Sequence record: SRR31156797_4029
Length of the DNA: 39,784 nt
Reading direction: 5' to 3' (one strand)
This document shows, piece by piece, positions 30,291 through 39,411 of the stretch; positions within the stretch are counted from its first letter, which is position 1, and every line of letters starts with the position of its first letter. Below the pieces are notes generated by a model. That model did no database searches and had not been told where the DNA came from. It worked only from the letters and a program-made list of their open reading frames with translations. The position numbers and the translations under genes are program-made.

Positions 30291-31264
30291 AAAAAACGAT
30301 TTTAGCAAGTATCCTAGCACTATTCGCTGTTGGCGCTGCCGCATGCGGCAACACTGGCGAAACAGCAAGTACCAGCAATTCCAGCACTAGCAGTACAGAA
30401 GCTGCGGTAACGGATCAAACATTGACGATCGGGGTGTTACCAGCAGAATCAGCGATTCCGATCATTCTAGCAAAAGAAGAAGGCTTTTTCGAAAAGCAAG
30501 GATTGACTGTGGAACTCGAATCCTTCACTTCCCCAAATGACCGCAATGTGGCAGTGCAGGCAGGCGAATTGGATGGTACGATCAGCGATGTCATGACAGA
30601 AGCGACCTTCAAGCAAAACGGCATCGATATGACGATCACTTCTGATATTTTGGAAAACTTCAAGATTCTCGCTTCACCGAATTCAGGGATTACTGAGATG
30701 AAAGGGTTAGCGGATAAAAAAATCACCCTTGTACCGAATTTCATTTTAGAATACATCATGGATCAATTTGCACAAGAAAATGATTTTACTTATGACATCG
30801 TGGATATCGCTTCTTTTTCTGCCCGTTCCGAAGCATTGCTCAATGACCAAGTCGATGGCGCTGTTTATACGGAACCGCAAGCCAGCATGTTGGCTGCCCA
30901 AGGGGCGATTGTTTTAGGCAGCTCTAAAGATGCTGGCATCAAAGGCGGGACGCTGCAATTTATGGACGAAGTCATCCAAAATCGACCGCAAGACCTAAAA
31001 GCATTCTACACTGCTTACAACGAAGCCATCGATTACATGAATGCTCATTCAGCAACAGACTATGCCGACATCTTGGCAGACTATCAATTTCCAGATGCTA
31101 TGAGTACTTACTTAGACAGCCAGGAAGACTATCCTTATGCCCAAGCTGTACCGCAAGAGCAATACGACGCGATCATTGCTTGGACGAAAGACAAAGGACA
31201 AATCGACCAAGCATATTCCTACAACGAGTTGACCAATTTCGATTTTTTACCCGCTGACGAATAA
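30287..31264 (+). CDS. NitT/TauT (SsuA/THI5-like) ABC substrate-binding lipoprotein
   Basis: Lipobox AAAC, IGVLP...AKEEGFFEKQGL, QAGELDG, YTEP motifs. ATGA-coupled to the deacetylase. Confidence 0.87.
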   Translation: MKKTILASILALFAVGAAACGNTGETASTSNSSTSSTEAAVTDQTLTIGVLPAESAIPIILAKEEGFFEKQGLTVELESFTSPNDRNVAVQAGELDGTISDVMTEATFKQNGIDMTITSDILENFKILASPNSGITEMKGLADKKITLVPNFILEYIMDQFAQENDFTYDIVDIASFSARSEALLNDQVDGAVYTEPQASMLAAQGAIVLGSSKDAGIKGGTLQFMDEVIQNRPQDLKAFYTAYNEAIDYMNAHSATDYADILADYQFPDAMSTYLDSQEDYPYAQAVPQEQYDAIIAWTKDKGQIDQAYSYNELTNFDFLPADE

Positions 31265-31270
31265 GAAACA

Positions 31271-31300
31271 ACAAAAAAGACGCAAATGCGTCTTTTTTGT
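31271..31300. terminator. Intrinsic terminator
   Basis: Perfect inverted repeat ACAAAAAAGACGCA-AA-TGCGTCTTTTTTGT. Confidence 0.9.
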
Positions 31301-31392
31301 CTTTTCACTTCTTTTTGACACTCTTTTTTGCTCGTGGCAAGAAATTCAGGTATACTTTTGACAAATCAGCTGCCATGAAAGGATTTGATTTA

Positions 31393-31719
31393 ATGCCAAC
31401 GATCGCTGTTTATGCCGACCAGAAAGAAGATACTTGGGAAGCACACTTGACTCACCAGTTAAAAATAAATGAAGAAAGGACCCAGGCTCATCAAACATTC
31501 CATAACGAACCTTTAACGATCGACGAATACTTCTTTACAGAAGATCCTGCCCCTTTTCATACGAATCAAGCCGTCAAGCAGCAATTAGCAAGCAATGGCC
31601 GCAGCTGTCTGCCACTCGTTTATGTCGACGATCAGCTATTTTGCCAAGGTCGCTTGCCAACGATCCGTGAATGGGAACAATTGACGAAATCTGGGATCAC
31701 TGTGCAATTTGATGAGTAG
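31393..31719 (+). CDS. ArsD-like thioredoxin-fold protein lacking the N-terminal Cys cluster
   Basis: C-terminal half (P..F..N..VKQ.L...G...LPLV.VD......GR.PT..E) follows the ArsD pattern. ATG 31393 after GAAAGGA, promoter TTGCTC-17-TATACT upstream. Confidence 0.65.
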   Translation: MPTIAVYADQKEDTWEAHLTHQLKINEERTQAHQTFHNEPLTIDEYFFTEDPAPFHTNQAVKQQLASNGRSCLPLVYVDDQLFCQGRLPTIREWEQLTKSGITVQFDE

Positions 31720-31775
31720 CAGCCACTGTTTTCTTTGCCAGACAAAACAACGCACCACGTGCCAATCATAAGCGT

Positions 31776-33038
31776 TTAGTTCTCCCCCTTCGCGGCAACT
31801 GCGTCGGTAACGCCTTTTTCTTCTTCCGTTAAACTTCGTTCGCTGATTTTAAAGAATGGATAGTAGATCGCCACACTAATCAGTAAGGAAGCGATACTCC
31901 AAAGAACAGCAGGGATATTGCCGCCGGTTGCAAGGTAAGTATTGATAAAGGGCGGTGTGGTCCACGGTGGATTGAACATGATTCGCCCAATGACATTGGT
32001 GACCGACAAGAAATACGTTCCGACACATAATACAAGGGGTGTCAGGATGAAAGGAATCATCATAATAGGGTTCATCACGATCGGAAACCCAAAAATGATT
32101 GGCTCATTGATACAAAAAATAGCAGAGGGCAAAGCCATCTTCCCTAGGGAACGATAGGCTTTTTTCTTTGAAACTAACATGTTGATGATCAGCCCCAGTG
32201 TTGAACCAGTGCCTCCATAGCACAAAAACATGATATAAAACCCGCCTGCAAAAATGTTCGGTAACGGTTCGCCTGCAGTGTAGGCTTCGGTATTGGCTGC
32301 TAATAAAGCTAGAAAAATCGGATCGCCGATACTCCCCATCACATTGCTGCCATGAATCCCTAAACACCAAAGCAACAAAATCAAAAAGGTATACAACAGC
32401 ATCCCAGACAATGTGTTTAGACCAACTGCCAGCGGTGAAAAGATGGCTTGCACGAATTGATTGACATTAAATTCCAACAAGACCCGAATCACCCAGGCAC
32501 CAGTGATGATGGCAGCTCCGGGAAGCAAGACCGAAAAACTCTTGGCAACTGCGGGCGGCACTTCTGCTGGCATCCGAATCACTAAGCGGTGCTTGAGAAA
32601 AAAGCGATGGATCACTACTGTCGCAATCGCTGTGACGATTCCTGTAAACAGACCAGACGCCCCCAAAGAAGCTGGATCGATCGTCCATTCTTCCCCCGCC
32701 TGCAGCAGCAAAAACGCGCAGACTGCCAACACGACAGAACCGATCCGATCGATCTCATACGAAGCCGCCAAATAGTAGGCGATCCCGATACAAGCGGCCA
32801 GTCCCAAAATCCCAAATGTAAAATTGCTGGCGGCGCCTAGTTTGATGCCAAACTCCCCGACAAACTCGGTCCAGCCGGGAAAAGGCAGATTGGCTAAAAT
32901 CAAAAAGAGACTGCCGATAATCGTCAGCGGCATCGTAACGGCGACTCCGTTACGTACGGCAACTAAAAATCGATTTTCACTGATCCTAACCAATCTTGGT
33001 GCAAAATTTTCCTGAAACCCTTCAATCAACCGATTCAT
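31776..33038 (-). CDS. PTS lactose/cellobiose-family IIC component (stand-alone)
   Basis: AVRNG, IRMPAEVPP, LWCLGIHG, GGTGST, INEPIIFGFPIVMNP, PWTTP. Start MNRL after AGGAGG. Confidence 0.92.
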   Translation of the reverse strand: MNRLIEGFQENFAPRLVRISENRFLVAVRNGVAVTMPLTIIGSLFLILANLPFPGWTEFVGEFGIKLGAASNFTFGILGLAACIGIAYYLAASYEIDRIGSVVLAVCAFLLLQAGEEWTIDPASLGASGLFTGIVTAIATVVIHRFFLKHRLVIRMPAEVPPAVAKSFSVLLPGAAIITGAWVIRVLLEFNVNQFVQAIFSPLAVGLNTLSGMLLYTFLILLLWCLGIHGSNVMGSIGDPIFLALLAANTEAYTAGEPLPNIFAGGFYIMFLCYGGTGSTLGLIINMLVSKKKAYRSLGKMALPSAIFCINEPIIFGFPIVMNPIMMIPFILTPLVLCVGTYFLSVTNVIGRIMFNPPWTTPPFINTYLATGGNIPAVLWSIASLLISVAIYYPFFKISERSLTEEEKGVTDAVAAKGEN

Positions 33039-33147
33039 CCTGTCTCCTCCTACTAAATATCTCGCTTTTTTAATAAGAGTAGCATAAAAAACGCTTTCTG
33101 CATTTTTAGAACACTCGACGCCTTCCCGATTCCAAGAATACTGCTGG

Positions 33148-33804
33148 CTAGCTGTTTCTTTGCCAAATGGGTAAAGCCCCTGCCAAATCACGTTCCTTCG
33201 ACCAAGCGATGGCACCTGACAGCAAAAAGAAACTAATGACCGTCCCTTCCCTCACCGCTAGCGGTAAGCCCAAACTGATCGCTAGCAAGAGTGCCCCCGA
33301 AATACAGACTGCATCAACGCCATAACGGTACTGCTTAAATGTCCAACGACTGCGTTGCGCCAGCAAATGACACCAGTGCTCGATTGGAAATTTCAAGACC
33401 TGCAACCGTAGGACTTGTCCCGTCGCCGTTCCAGAAATCAAGATCCCACCGATCAAAGCAGCTAGTTGGCTCCAATAATTCGTCAAGTGCAGCGATGCCA
33501 AGAAGTAGTAAACAAAGCCATTGATCAAATAGCCGAAAGCCAGCAAAGCGAAAAACATAATCAAGTACTCACTGCCTTTTTGTTTGAGGGACGTCTGCCG
33601 CCGATCCAATAGCCAACAGGCAGCTAAAAAGCCCAAGTTGATGGCTGTTGTGATGGTGCCGACTTTGATTCCTGACATCGTTGCCAGCGTAACATTCAAG
33701 GCATTAAAACTACTGACCCCAACGCTTGCTTTAATGGTCAAGCTGATCCCGAATGCACTCAGCCCATAAAAAATCCCTGATCCTATCCATTGCTTTTTAT
33801 TCAT
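33148..33804 (-). CDS. YczE/YyaS/YitT-like membrane protein
   Basis: ASVGVSS..AL, IKVGT, VREGT motifs, about 6 TMs. Confidence 0.75.
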   Translation of the reverse strand: MNKKQWIGSGIFYGLSAFGISLTIKASVGVSSFNALNVTLATMSGIKVGTITTAINLGFLAACWLLDRRQTSLKQKGSEYLIMFFALLAFGYLINGFVYYFLASLHLTNYWSQLAALIGGILISGTATGQVLRLQVLKFPIEHWCHLLAQRSRWTFKQYRYGVDAVCISGALLLAISLGLPLAVREGTVISFFLLSGAIAWSKERDLAGALPIWQRNS

Positions 33805-33865
33805 TTTTTCTCCCACACTTTCGTTTTTGCTTTTCTAAGTATGTGCTATACTGACTAAAAACAAA

Positions 33866-33881
33866 TAGGAGATTTCTCCTA
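33866..33881. promoter_or_regulatory. Palindromic operator between divergent genes
   Basis: TAGGAGA-TT-TCTCCTA, downstream of TGcTATACT (33844..33852) and just upstream of the regulator RBS. Confidence 0.6.
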
Positions 33882-33896
33882 GTTTGGAGGAAAAAA

Positions 33897-34568
33897 GTGA
33901 AAAAAACCACTTATGCCTTGGCAATAAAGCAGGTACCAATCAAAGAAAGCTGCCCCTTGCCGATTCCTGAGGAGATTTTACAACAAAGTGCCCTCTGGAC
34001 CTTTGATCATCGAGAAGCGATCCAAAAAGAAACGGTGCCGATGTCGGTCTTTTTCGTCCTATTGACTGGAAAAGCCAAGATCATTCAAACGCAAGAAAAC
34101 GGCAAACGTGCCTTGCTGCAGTTTCTCCATCCTGGTGATTGCATTGGCGATCTCACGTTGATTGGCGCCGAAACAGTACCGAAAACCGTGGTTGCGATCG
34201 GTGAAACAACATGTCTGGGCATTCCGATGCAAGCAGCAGCTCACGGGCTCATGCAAGACCTGGCTTTCGTACAAACACTAGGCAAAACTATCGGTGAAAA
34301 ATTGCTGCTGCGTATGGATCATTTTTCCGTCAATCAAACCTATCCCTTAGCTTGGCGCCTTGCTCATCTACTGTTGGAAGCTTCGATCGATGATCTTTTT
34401 CAAGAAAAATTGACGGAGACCGCAGAATACTTAGGCGTGAGCTATCGCCATTTGACGTATACCTTAAAAGATTTCAAAACGCAAAAACTAGTCACAAAAA
34501 CTGAAGACGGCTATCGGATCGATGCGCCTGCGCTGCAGACCTTTATCCAAAACCAACAAAAGCAGTAA
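33897..34568 (+). CDS. Crp/Fnr-family transcriptional regulator (YeiL-like)
   Basis: cNMP-fold LLTGKAKI...ENGK...IGD and C-terminal HTH TAEYLGVSYRHL. GTG start after GGAGG. Confidence 0.88.
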   Translation: MKKTTYALAIKQVPIKESCPLPIPEEILQQSALWTFDHREAIQKETVPMSVFFVLLTGKAKIIQTQENGKRALLQFLHPGDCIGDLTLIGAETVPKTVVAIGETTCLGIPMQAAAHGLMQDLAFVQTLGKTIGEKLLLRMDHFSVNQTYPLAWRLAHLLLEASIDDLFQEKLTETAEYLGVSYRHLTYTLKDFKTQKLVTKTEDGYRIDAPALQTFIQNQQKQ

Positions 34569-34577
34569 CAAGCAAAT

Positions 34578-34677
34578 AACGACAGCGAAATAGTTGGTAT
34601 GATGCCCCCCTAAAAGCCAGAGAAAAAGCTGACTCTTGGGGGTGCAACAAGAAAAACCAACTGTTTGCTGTCGTTTT
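34578..34677. terminator. Long hairpin/terminator between convergent genes with a nested repeat
   Basis: AACGACAGCGAAATAGTTGGT...ACCAACTGTTTGCTGTCGTT outer arms. Confidence 0.7.
34603..34646. mobile_element. Degenerate second IS3-end-like stub
   Basis: TGCCCCCCTAAAAGCCAGA...CTGACTCTTGGGGGTGCA resembles the element at 17906..17956. Confidence 0.45.
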
Positions 34678-34689
34678 CGGATCGTTGCT

Positions 34690-36132
34690 TTATTTTTTCG
34701 CCAATGCCCAAGCATTGACAGTAACCGTGCCGGTTCCGCTGAGAGCGATCGCCTCGGTCCGTTTTGGATACACGCGAGAGGTCAAACAATATTGCCCGCC
34801 ATTTAGGAAGATCTCAATCGAAGACGTATCGACAAAAATCTGCAGCTGCGTCAGTTCATCGACCTTGACACTGCGCTGTTTACGACCGTAGCCAGAAACG
34901 CCATGATGGATCGTGAAGACACCAGCTTCATAAGCCAAAGTCGTATCTTGCAAAAGTCCAAGCTGGAACTGCTGCAATGGGGCTTCCGCCGTAACTTGCA
35001 ACTCATATGCCAATTCATCGAAAGACAAGTGCTGCGGTTTCTCTGAAAGCACAATTTTTTGTCTGACTTGCTTGTCTCGCAATTTTTGGAATTCTGGCAA
35101 AGGTTCTTGATACAACTGGTCATTTTTGACCGAAAGCTGTCTTGGCAGCGTTGCGGCATGCTGCCAGCCGCGAGGGGTCGTAGGATTGCTGTATTCAGGA
35201 CTGGTATCTCCTAGCCCCATCCAGCCCCACAAGATCCGACGTTTCTGCTCATCTTCAAAGGTTTGCGGGGCATAGAAGTCAAACCCATAATCAAGTTCAC
35301 GAAACGCAGAAGTTTCTTTAAACGTCAGGGTTTCCCAATCCACCTCACCGATCAGATACCCTGATTGATGAATATTTTGGTAGGCATGTTCTTTGGCTGC
35401 CAAGCCTTGCGGTGAGAAGACCAACACATCTTTGCCATCTAAATGGAAGTAGTCTGGGCATTCCCACATGTAGCCTAGAGCATAGTCCTCACCGAAAAAG
35501 ATTCCTCGATAGGTCCATTCATTTAAATCCGTCGATTCATAAATCAAAATTTTCCCTTCGTTTTCCAACGTACGCGCGCCTAGCAGCATATAGTAGGTGT
35601 CTTCGTGGGCAAAAACCTTTGGGTCACGAATATGATCGGTAAATCCTTCAGGGTAGTCCTCATGAGGAATCACGACTTCTTGCTTTTCGACGGTATAGCC
35701 GTCTTTGCTGATTACATGGACCGTGTTTTGTTCTCTTCCACTAAAGGTATAGTCATGATCACCAGGATGTTTGACATTCCCAGTATAGAAGAAATGGATC
35801 GCGTCATTATCGATAAAGGCAGAGCCCGAGTAGACCCCGTCTTTGTCATAGTCGTGTTCGGGAGAAAGAAACAGCGCTTCTTCTTGAAACGTGACATAAT
35901 CCGTCGACGTTTTGTGTCCCCAGTGAGGTGGTTCCCCGCCATGGGGCGTTTGCGGTACATATTGATGGTAAAAATGAACCACGCCTTTGAATTGGCAAAG
36001 ACCATTCGGGTCGTTCATCCATCCTGTTTCTGGCATCAAATGATAGTTCAAGCGCCACGCATCAGCACTGATTTTTTCTGCTAATTCGTTTTGTGTTTGG
36101 GCAAGCTGTGCCCAGTATTCCTTCGTTAACAA
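34690..36132 (-). CDS. scrB: Sucrose-6-phosphate hydrolase / beta-fructofuranosidase, GH32
   Basis: WMNDPNG, YSGSA, RDP, MWECPD and FYAPQT motifs. Confidence 0.9.
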   Translation of the reverse strand: MLTKEYWAQLAQTQNELAEKISADAWRLNYHLMPETGWMNDPNGLCQFKGVVHFYHQYVPQTPHGGEPPHWGHKTSTDYVTFQEEALFLSPEHDYDKDGVYSGSAFIDNDAIHFFYTGNVKHPGDHDYTFSGREQNTVHVISKDGYTVEKQEVVIPHEDYPEGFTDHIRDPKVFAHEDTYYMLLGARTLENEGKILIYESTDLNEWTYRGIFFGEDYALGYMWECPDYFHLDGKDVLVFSPQGLAAKEHAYQNIHQSGYLIGEVDWETLTFKETSAFRELDYGFDFYAPQTFEDEQKRRILWGWMGLGDTSPEYSNPTTPRGWQHAATLPRQLSVKNDQLYQEPLPEFQKLRDKQVRQKIVLSEKPQHLSFDELAYELQVTAEAPLQQFQLGLLQDTTLAYEAGVFTIHHGVSGYGRKQRSVKVDELTQLQIFVDTSSIEIFLNGGQYCLTSRVYPKRTEAIALSGTGTVTVNAWALAKK

Positions 36133-36175
36133 TGCGGTACCTCTTTTCTCTTGCCGATGAACAGCAAGGGATTAT

Positions 36176-37552
36176 TTATTGATTCAACTCTTTGGCTAGC
36201 GGTTTGCGCTGCAATTGGACACCAGCAAAACCGACTGCAAAGGCAATCAAAATCACGACAACGTATTTCAGCATGGCACCGAAATCTCCAGTATACAACA
36301 ACAGTCCTGGTATAAAAGTGATGCCCATCCCAGTGGCAGCTAATTGGAAGACATACGTCGCAAACCCGCCGACTGCGCCCCCCAGCATGCCTGCGCCAAA
36401 AATCCGCATCGAGCGTAAGTTGACCCCAAATAGTAAAGGTTCAGTGATCCCAAATAAGGTTGGAACCGCCGCACTGATGGCATTTGAGCGTTTGACTTTG
36501 TTTTTATAAATAAATGCCGCAGCGATCGCAGCCCCGAATTGTCCCGCCATACTTGCTGTACCTAAGACTTGTAGGACGTTTTCGCCTGTCGTATTCAATA
36601 ACCCTAACTCAATAATACTTAACGAATGGTGCAATCCAGTGATCACGATCACTTGCTGAACCCCTCCGTAAATGATATAACCGATGCCCAATGGCGCTTG
36701 CACCAAGTAGACGATACTGTTGATGACTGCTCTTTCAGCTACTTGCAAGATTGGTCCTAACGCAAACAAAATCAAGCCTAAAGTAATGACGATCGTTAAG
36801 AATGGTGTCACGATCAAATCCATCATTTGCGGAACAAATTTACGGAACCATTTTTCTAGCTTAGAAACTAAGATCCCGACAATAATTGCTGGAAAAATCG
36901 ACCCTTGATACCCAGAGATCGATAAACCGAATAAGTGCAATGGCTCTGCATCCCCGCTGGCAACTGCCCAAGCGTTCGGCAATTGCGGTGCCACCATCAT
37001 TAACCCTACCACGATCCCGATGATCGGATTACCGCCGAATTTTTTCGTCGCACTATAGGCGATCAAAACAGGTAAAAAGGCAAAGGCTGTATCCGTTAAC
37101 ATTTCAAACATGGCTAACCAGTCAGCACTATAGGTGACCCCCAACTCGGTCAATAACCCCCGAATCCCCATCAAGAGCCCCGTCGTTACCAAAGCTGGAA
37201 TCAATGGCACCAAGACATCTGACAACGTGCGGACAACTTTTTGGACGGGTGACAGATTCGAATAAACATCATCTTTGAAGCCAGCTTTTTCAGCGGAGGC
37301 GTCATTGCCCATTTCTGCTGCGAAGGCTTGATAAACTTCATTGACTTTTCCTGTTCCAAAAATGAACTGATGCTGTCCCGTGTTGAAAAAATAGCCCTTG
37401 CTGCCCTCAACTGCTTCCGCTTTGTCTTTATCTACTAACTGATCGTCTTTCAAAATCAAGCGCAAACGTGTGGCACAGTGTTCAAAGTTTTTGACATTTT
37501 CTTTGCCGCCAATAGCTTCTAACACTTGGTCGATCGTTTTTTGTTCCTTCAT
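36176..37552 (-). CDS. scrA: PTS sucrose-family IIBC transporter
   Basis: HCATRLR IIB, PQLPNAW, ITGLHH, GITEP. No IIA domain. Start MKEQ after AAAGGAG. Confidence 0.85.
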   Translation of the reverse strand: MKEQKTIDQVLEAIGGKENVKNFEHCATRLRLILKDDQLVDKDKAEAVEGSKGYFFNTGQHQFIFGTGKVNEVYQAFAAEMGNDASAEKAGFKDDVYSNLSPVQKVVRTLSDVLVPLIPALVTTGLLMGIRGLLTELGVTYSADWLAMFEMLTDTAFAFLPVLIAYSATKKFGGNPIIGIVVGLMMVAPQLPNAWAVASGDAEPLHLFGLSISGYQGSIFPAIIVGILVSKLEKWFRKFVPQMMDLIVTPFLTIVITLGLILFALGPILQVAERAVINSIVYLVQAPLGIGYIIYGGVQQVIVITGLHHSLSIIELGLLNTTGENVLQVLGTASMAGQFGAAIAAAFIYKNKVKRSNAISAAVPTLFGITEPLLFGVNLRSMRIFGAGMLGGAVGGFATYVFQLAATGMGITFIPGLLLYTGDFGAMLKYVVVILIAFAVGFAGVQLQRKPLAKELNQ

Positions 37553-37582
37553 TTTTCCCACTCCTTTGATCGTCGGTTCATT

Positions 37583-37600
37583 TGTGGAACCGGTTCTACA
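37583..37600. promoter_or_regulatory. LacI-type (ScrR) operator
   Basis: TGTGGAACCGGTTCTACA near-perfect palindrome with central CG, just downstream of the -10. Confidence 0.75.
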
Positions 37601-37605
37601 TCTGT

Positions 37606-37634
37606 AGATTAACAGAAACCGTTTGCAATTGCAA
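37606..37634 (-). promoter_or_regulatory. SigA promoter with a cre in the spacer
   Basis: Minus strand TTGCAA-17 nt-TAATCT with extended TG. The spacer contains TTGCAAACGGTTTCT (cre pattern WTGNAANCGNWNNCW). Confidence 0.7.
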
Positions 37635-37698
37635 GCAAAGAAAATAAAAAAACAGAACGCCGCAAATGGTCGTCCTGTTTTCTCTAAAAATATTTGCT

Positions 37699-38694
37699 TT
37701 ATTTCTCCTGCTTTTCACGCTTGGCAGTCGACTGTTTGACCACTAATCGATTCGGCAATTCGATCACTTCAGGAACCTCTTCCCCTTGCGTCAGTTTTTG
37801 GATTGTTAAGACGGCATCGATGCCTAATTGGACATAGGGATATTGGGTCGTTGTGATGGTCGGATAGACATAATCCGTCGAATCATAGCCGCCAAAGCCG
37901 TTCAAGGAAAAGTCTTGCGGCACTTGATACCCTAGTTCATGGGCGGCTTTCAATACAGCAACAGCAATATTGTCGGTAGCACAGGCGATGTACGTTGCCG
38001 GTTGATCTTTCAAGAACACAAGGGCTTTTTGGTACGTTTCTCTTCTTGAAAAAGACGTTTCGATAAAGTCGACTTTGACGTTGGGGGTTTGTGCCAAGAC
38101 ATCAAGAAATCCTTTTTTCCGCAAGACACCTACCGCATAATCATTTTCGCTGACACCAACAAATAAATAACGTCGGTGGCCAGCGCTGACTGCATATTCT
38201 GCCATGGTTTTGCCAGCTTGATAATCTTCATGGACGATGGAATGAATGCCAGCTAACTGTTGACCTAACAATAAAACAGGCATAGGAACCTCTGCCAGCA
38301 CCGCTTGCAGCTGCGGCGTGATTTTGCGCGCAAAAAGGATCATCCCTGCTACTTTTTGTTTGACTAGCATTTCGATATTTTCTAGTTCCCGTTCATCGCT
38401 TTGATCAGAGTTGGTGATCAGCATTTGATAGCCGTTTTCCCGAGCCGTCGTATCGATCCCTTTTAACACATCATTTGTCGAGGGCGAATTCAATCGAGGA
38501 ATGATCACGCCCAGCAATTTCGTGTCTTGGGCTTTCAGCGATCGAGCAAATGTATTGGGGCGATAACCAGTTTCAGCAATGATCTGATCAATTTTTTTGC
38601 GCTTTTCTTCACTGATATAGCCATTGTTCAGATAGCGGGAAACCGTACTTTTCGCTACTCCCGCCTTTTCAGCAATGTCCTTGATCGTTGTCAT
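37699..38694 (-). CDS. scrR: LacI-family sucrose operon repressor
   Basis: TIKDIAEKAGVAKSTVSRYLN HTH, YRPNTFARSL. Adjacent to scrA/scrB. Confidence 0.85.
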   Translation of the reverse strand: MTTIKDIAEKAGVAKSTVSRYLNNGYISEEKRKKIDQIIAETGYRPNTFARSLKAQDTKLLGVIIPRLNSPSTNDVLKGIDTTARENGYQMLITNSDQSDERELENIEMLVKQKVAGMILFARKITPQLQAVLAEVPMPVLLLGQQLAGIHSIVHEDYQAGKTMAEYAVSAGHRRYLFVGVSENDYAVGVLRKKGFLDVLAQTPNVKVDFIETSFSRRETYQKALVFLKDQPATYIACATDNIAVAVLKAAHELGYQVPQDFSLNGFGGYDSTDYVYPTITTTQYPYVQLGIDAVLTIQKLTQGEEVPEVIELPNRLVVKQSTAKREKQEK

Positions 38695-38897
38695 GATTTC
38701 CCACCTTTGCATTTTCTTTTATTATAACAATAACTGAAAGAAAAGCGCAGGTTTTGCGTAAAAAACAAATAGGAGGGAAAGATCAAGTATTTTTTTCATC
38801 TCCTAATGCTAAGTGCTGATAAAAATAATTGCAGACAAAGTATTGATTCAGATATCTTCTTTTTTACAAGTACTAAGATCAATAAAAAAGAGTGTCT

Positions 38898-39242
38898 TCA
38901 GCAGACATTAAAAACGATTGAGTTTTTCGTTTCCATACTAAGATCATACCCACACAATTCTTTAAAATAATTTTTATAGTCGCTCTCAATAATTCTTATG
39001 ATGTCGTTGTCTGAAAACTCCTCATACTTAGATAAATCAACTAAAAGGCCCAATTTTGCATCAATCCCAAGAATTTGTGGAATAACCTCCCAAAAGGTTT
39101 CTTTCGAAATTTCTTCAATTAGTTGATTTAATCGTTCTACTTGTTTTTCTAAATAGTCTTCTAGCGTGTCTTTCTCTCTTGGCAAACGATCTATCTCTTT
39201 TTGAAAATAATTGACATACTCTTTTTTCGTCGCAAACAACAT
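38898..39242 (-). CDS. Hypothetical helical protein
   Basis: AT-rich ORF. ATG 39242 follows GAGAGGAG. No recognisable catalytic motif. Confidence 0.65.
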   Translation of the reverse strand: MLFATKKEYVNYFQKEIDRLPREKDTLEDYLEKQVERLNQLIEEISKETFWEVIPQILGIDAKLGLLVDLSKYEEFSDNDIIRIIESDYKNYFKELCGYDLSMETKNSIVFNVC

Positions 39243-39353
39243 TTTCTTATACTCCTCTCCGCTCTTACTGATTATTCTCACATACCATAAAAGGACTACG
39301 CATCCCTTTTCATTTATTGAATACTCTATTTTGTAACTAGTTTTAGATTTGAG

Positions 39354-39391
39354 AAAGCAGCAAAACCTTCATGGGCTTTGCTGCTTTTTTT
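39354..39391. terminator. Intrinsic terminator
   Basis: AAAGCAGCAAA...TTTGCTGCTTTTTTT, just past the stop of the surface-protein gene. Confidence 0.75.
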
Positions 39392-39411
39392 AATATTGAC
39401 TAATGTAAGTC

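Noticed and set aside
33039-33215. N-terminal extension of the second PTS IIC overlapping the YczE-like gene
   Set aside because: A strong AGGAGG precedes ATG 33038 and family similarity starts there. Similar over-extended starts occur at 61, 2497, 16079, 17560, 27695, 29361, 29486 and 31297.
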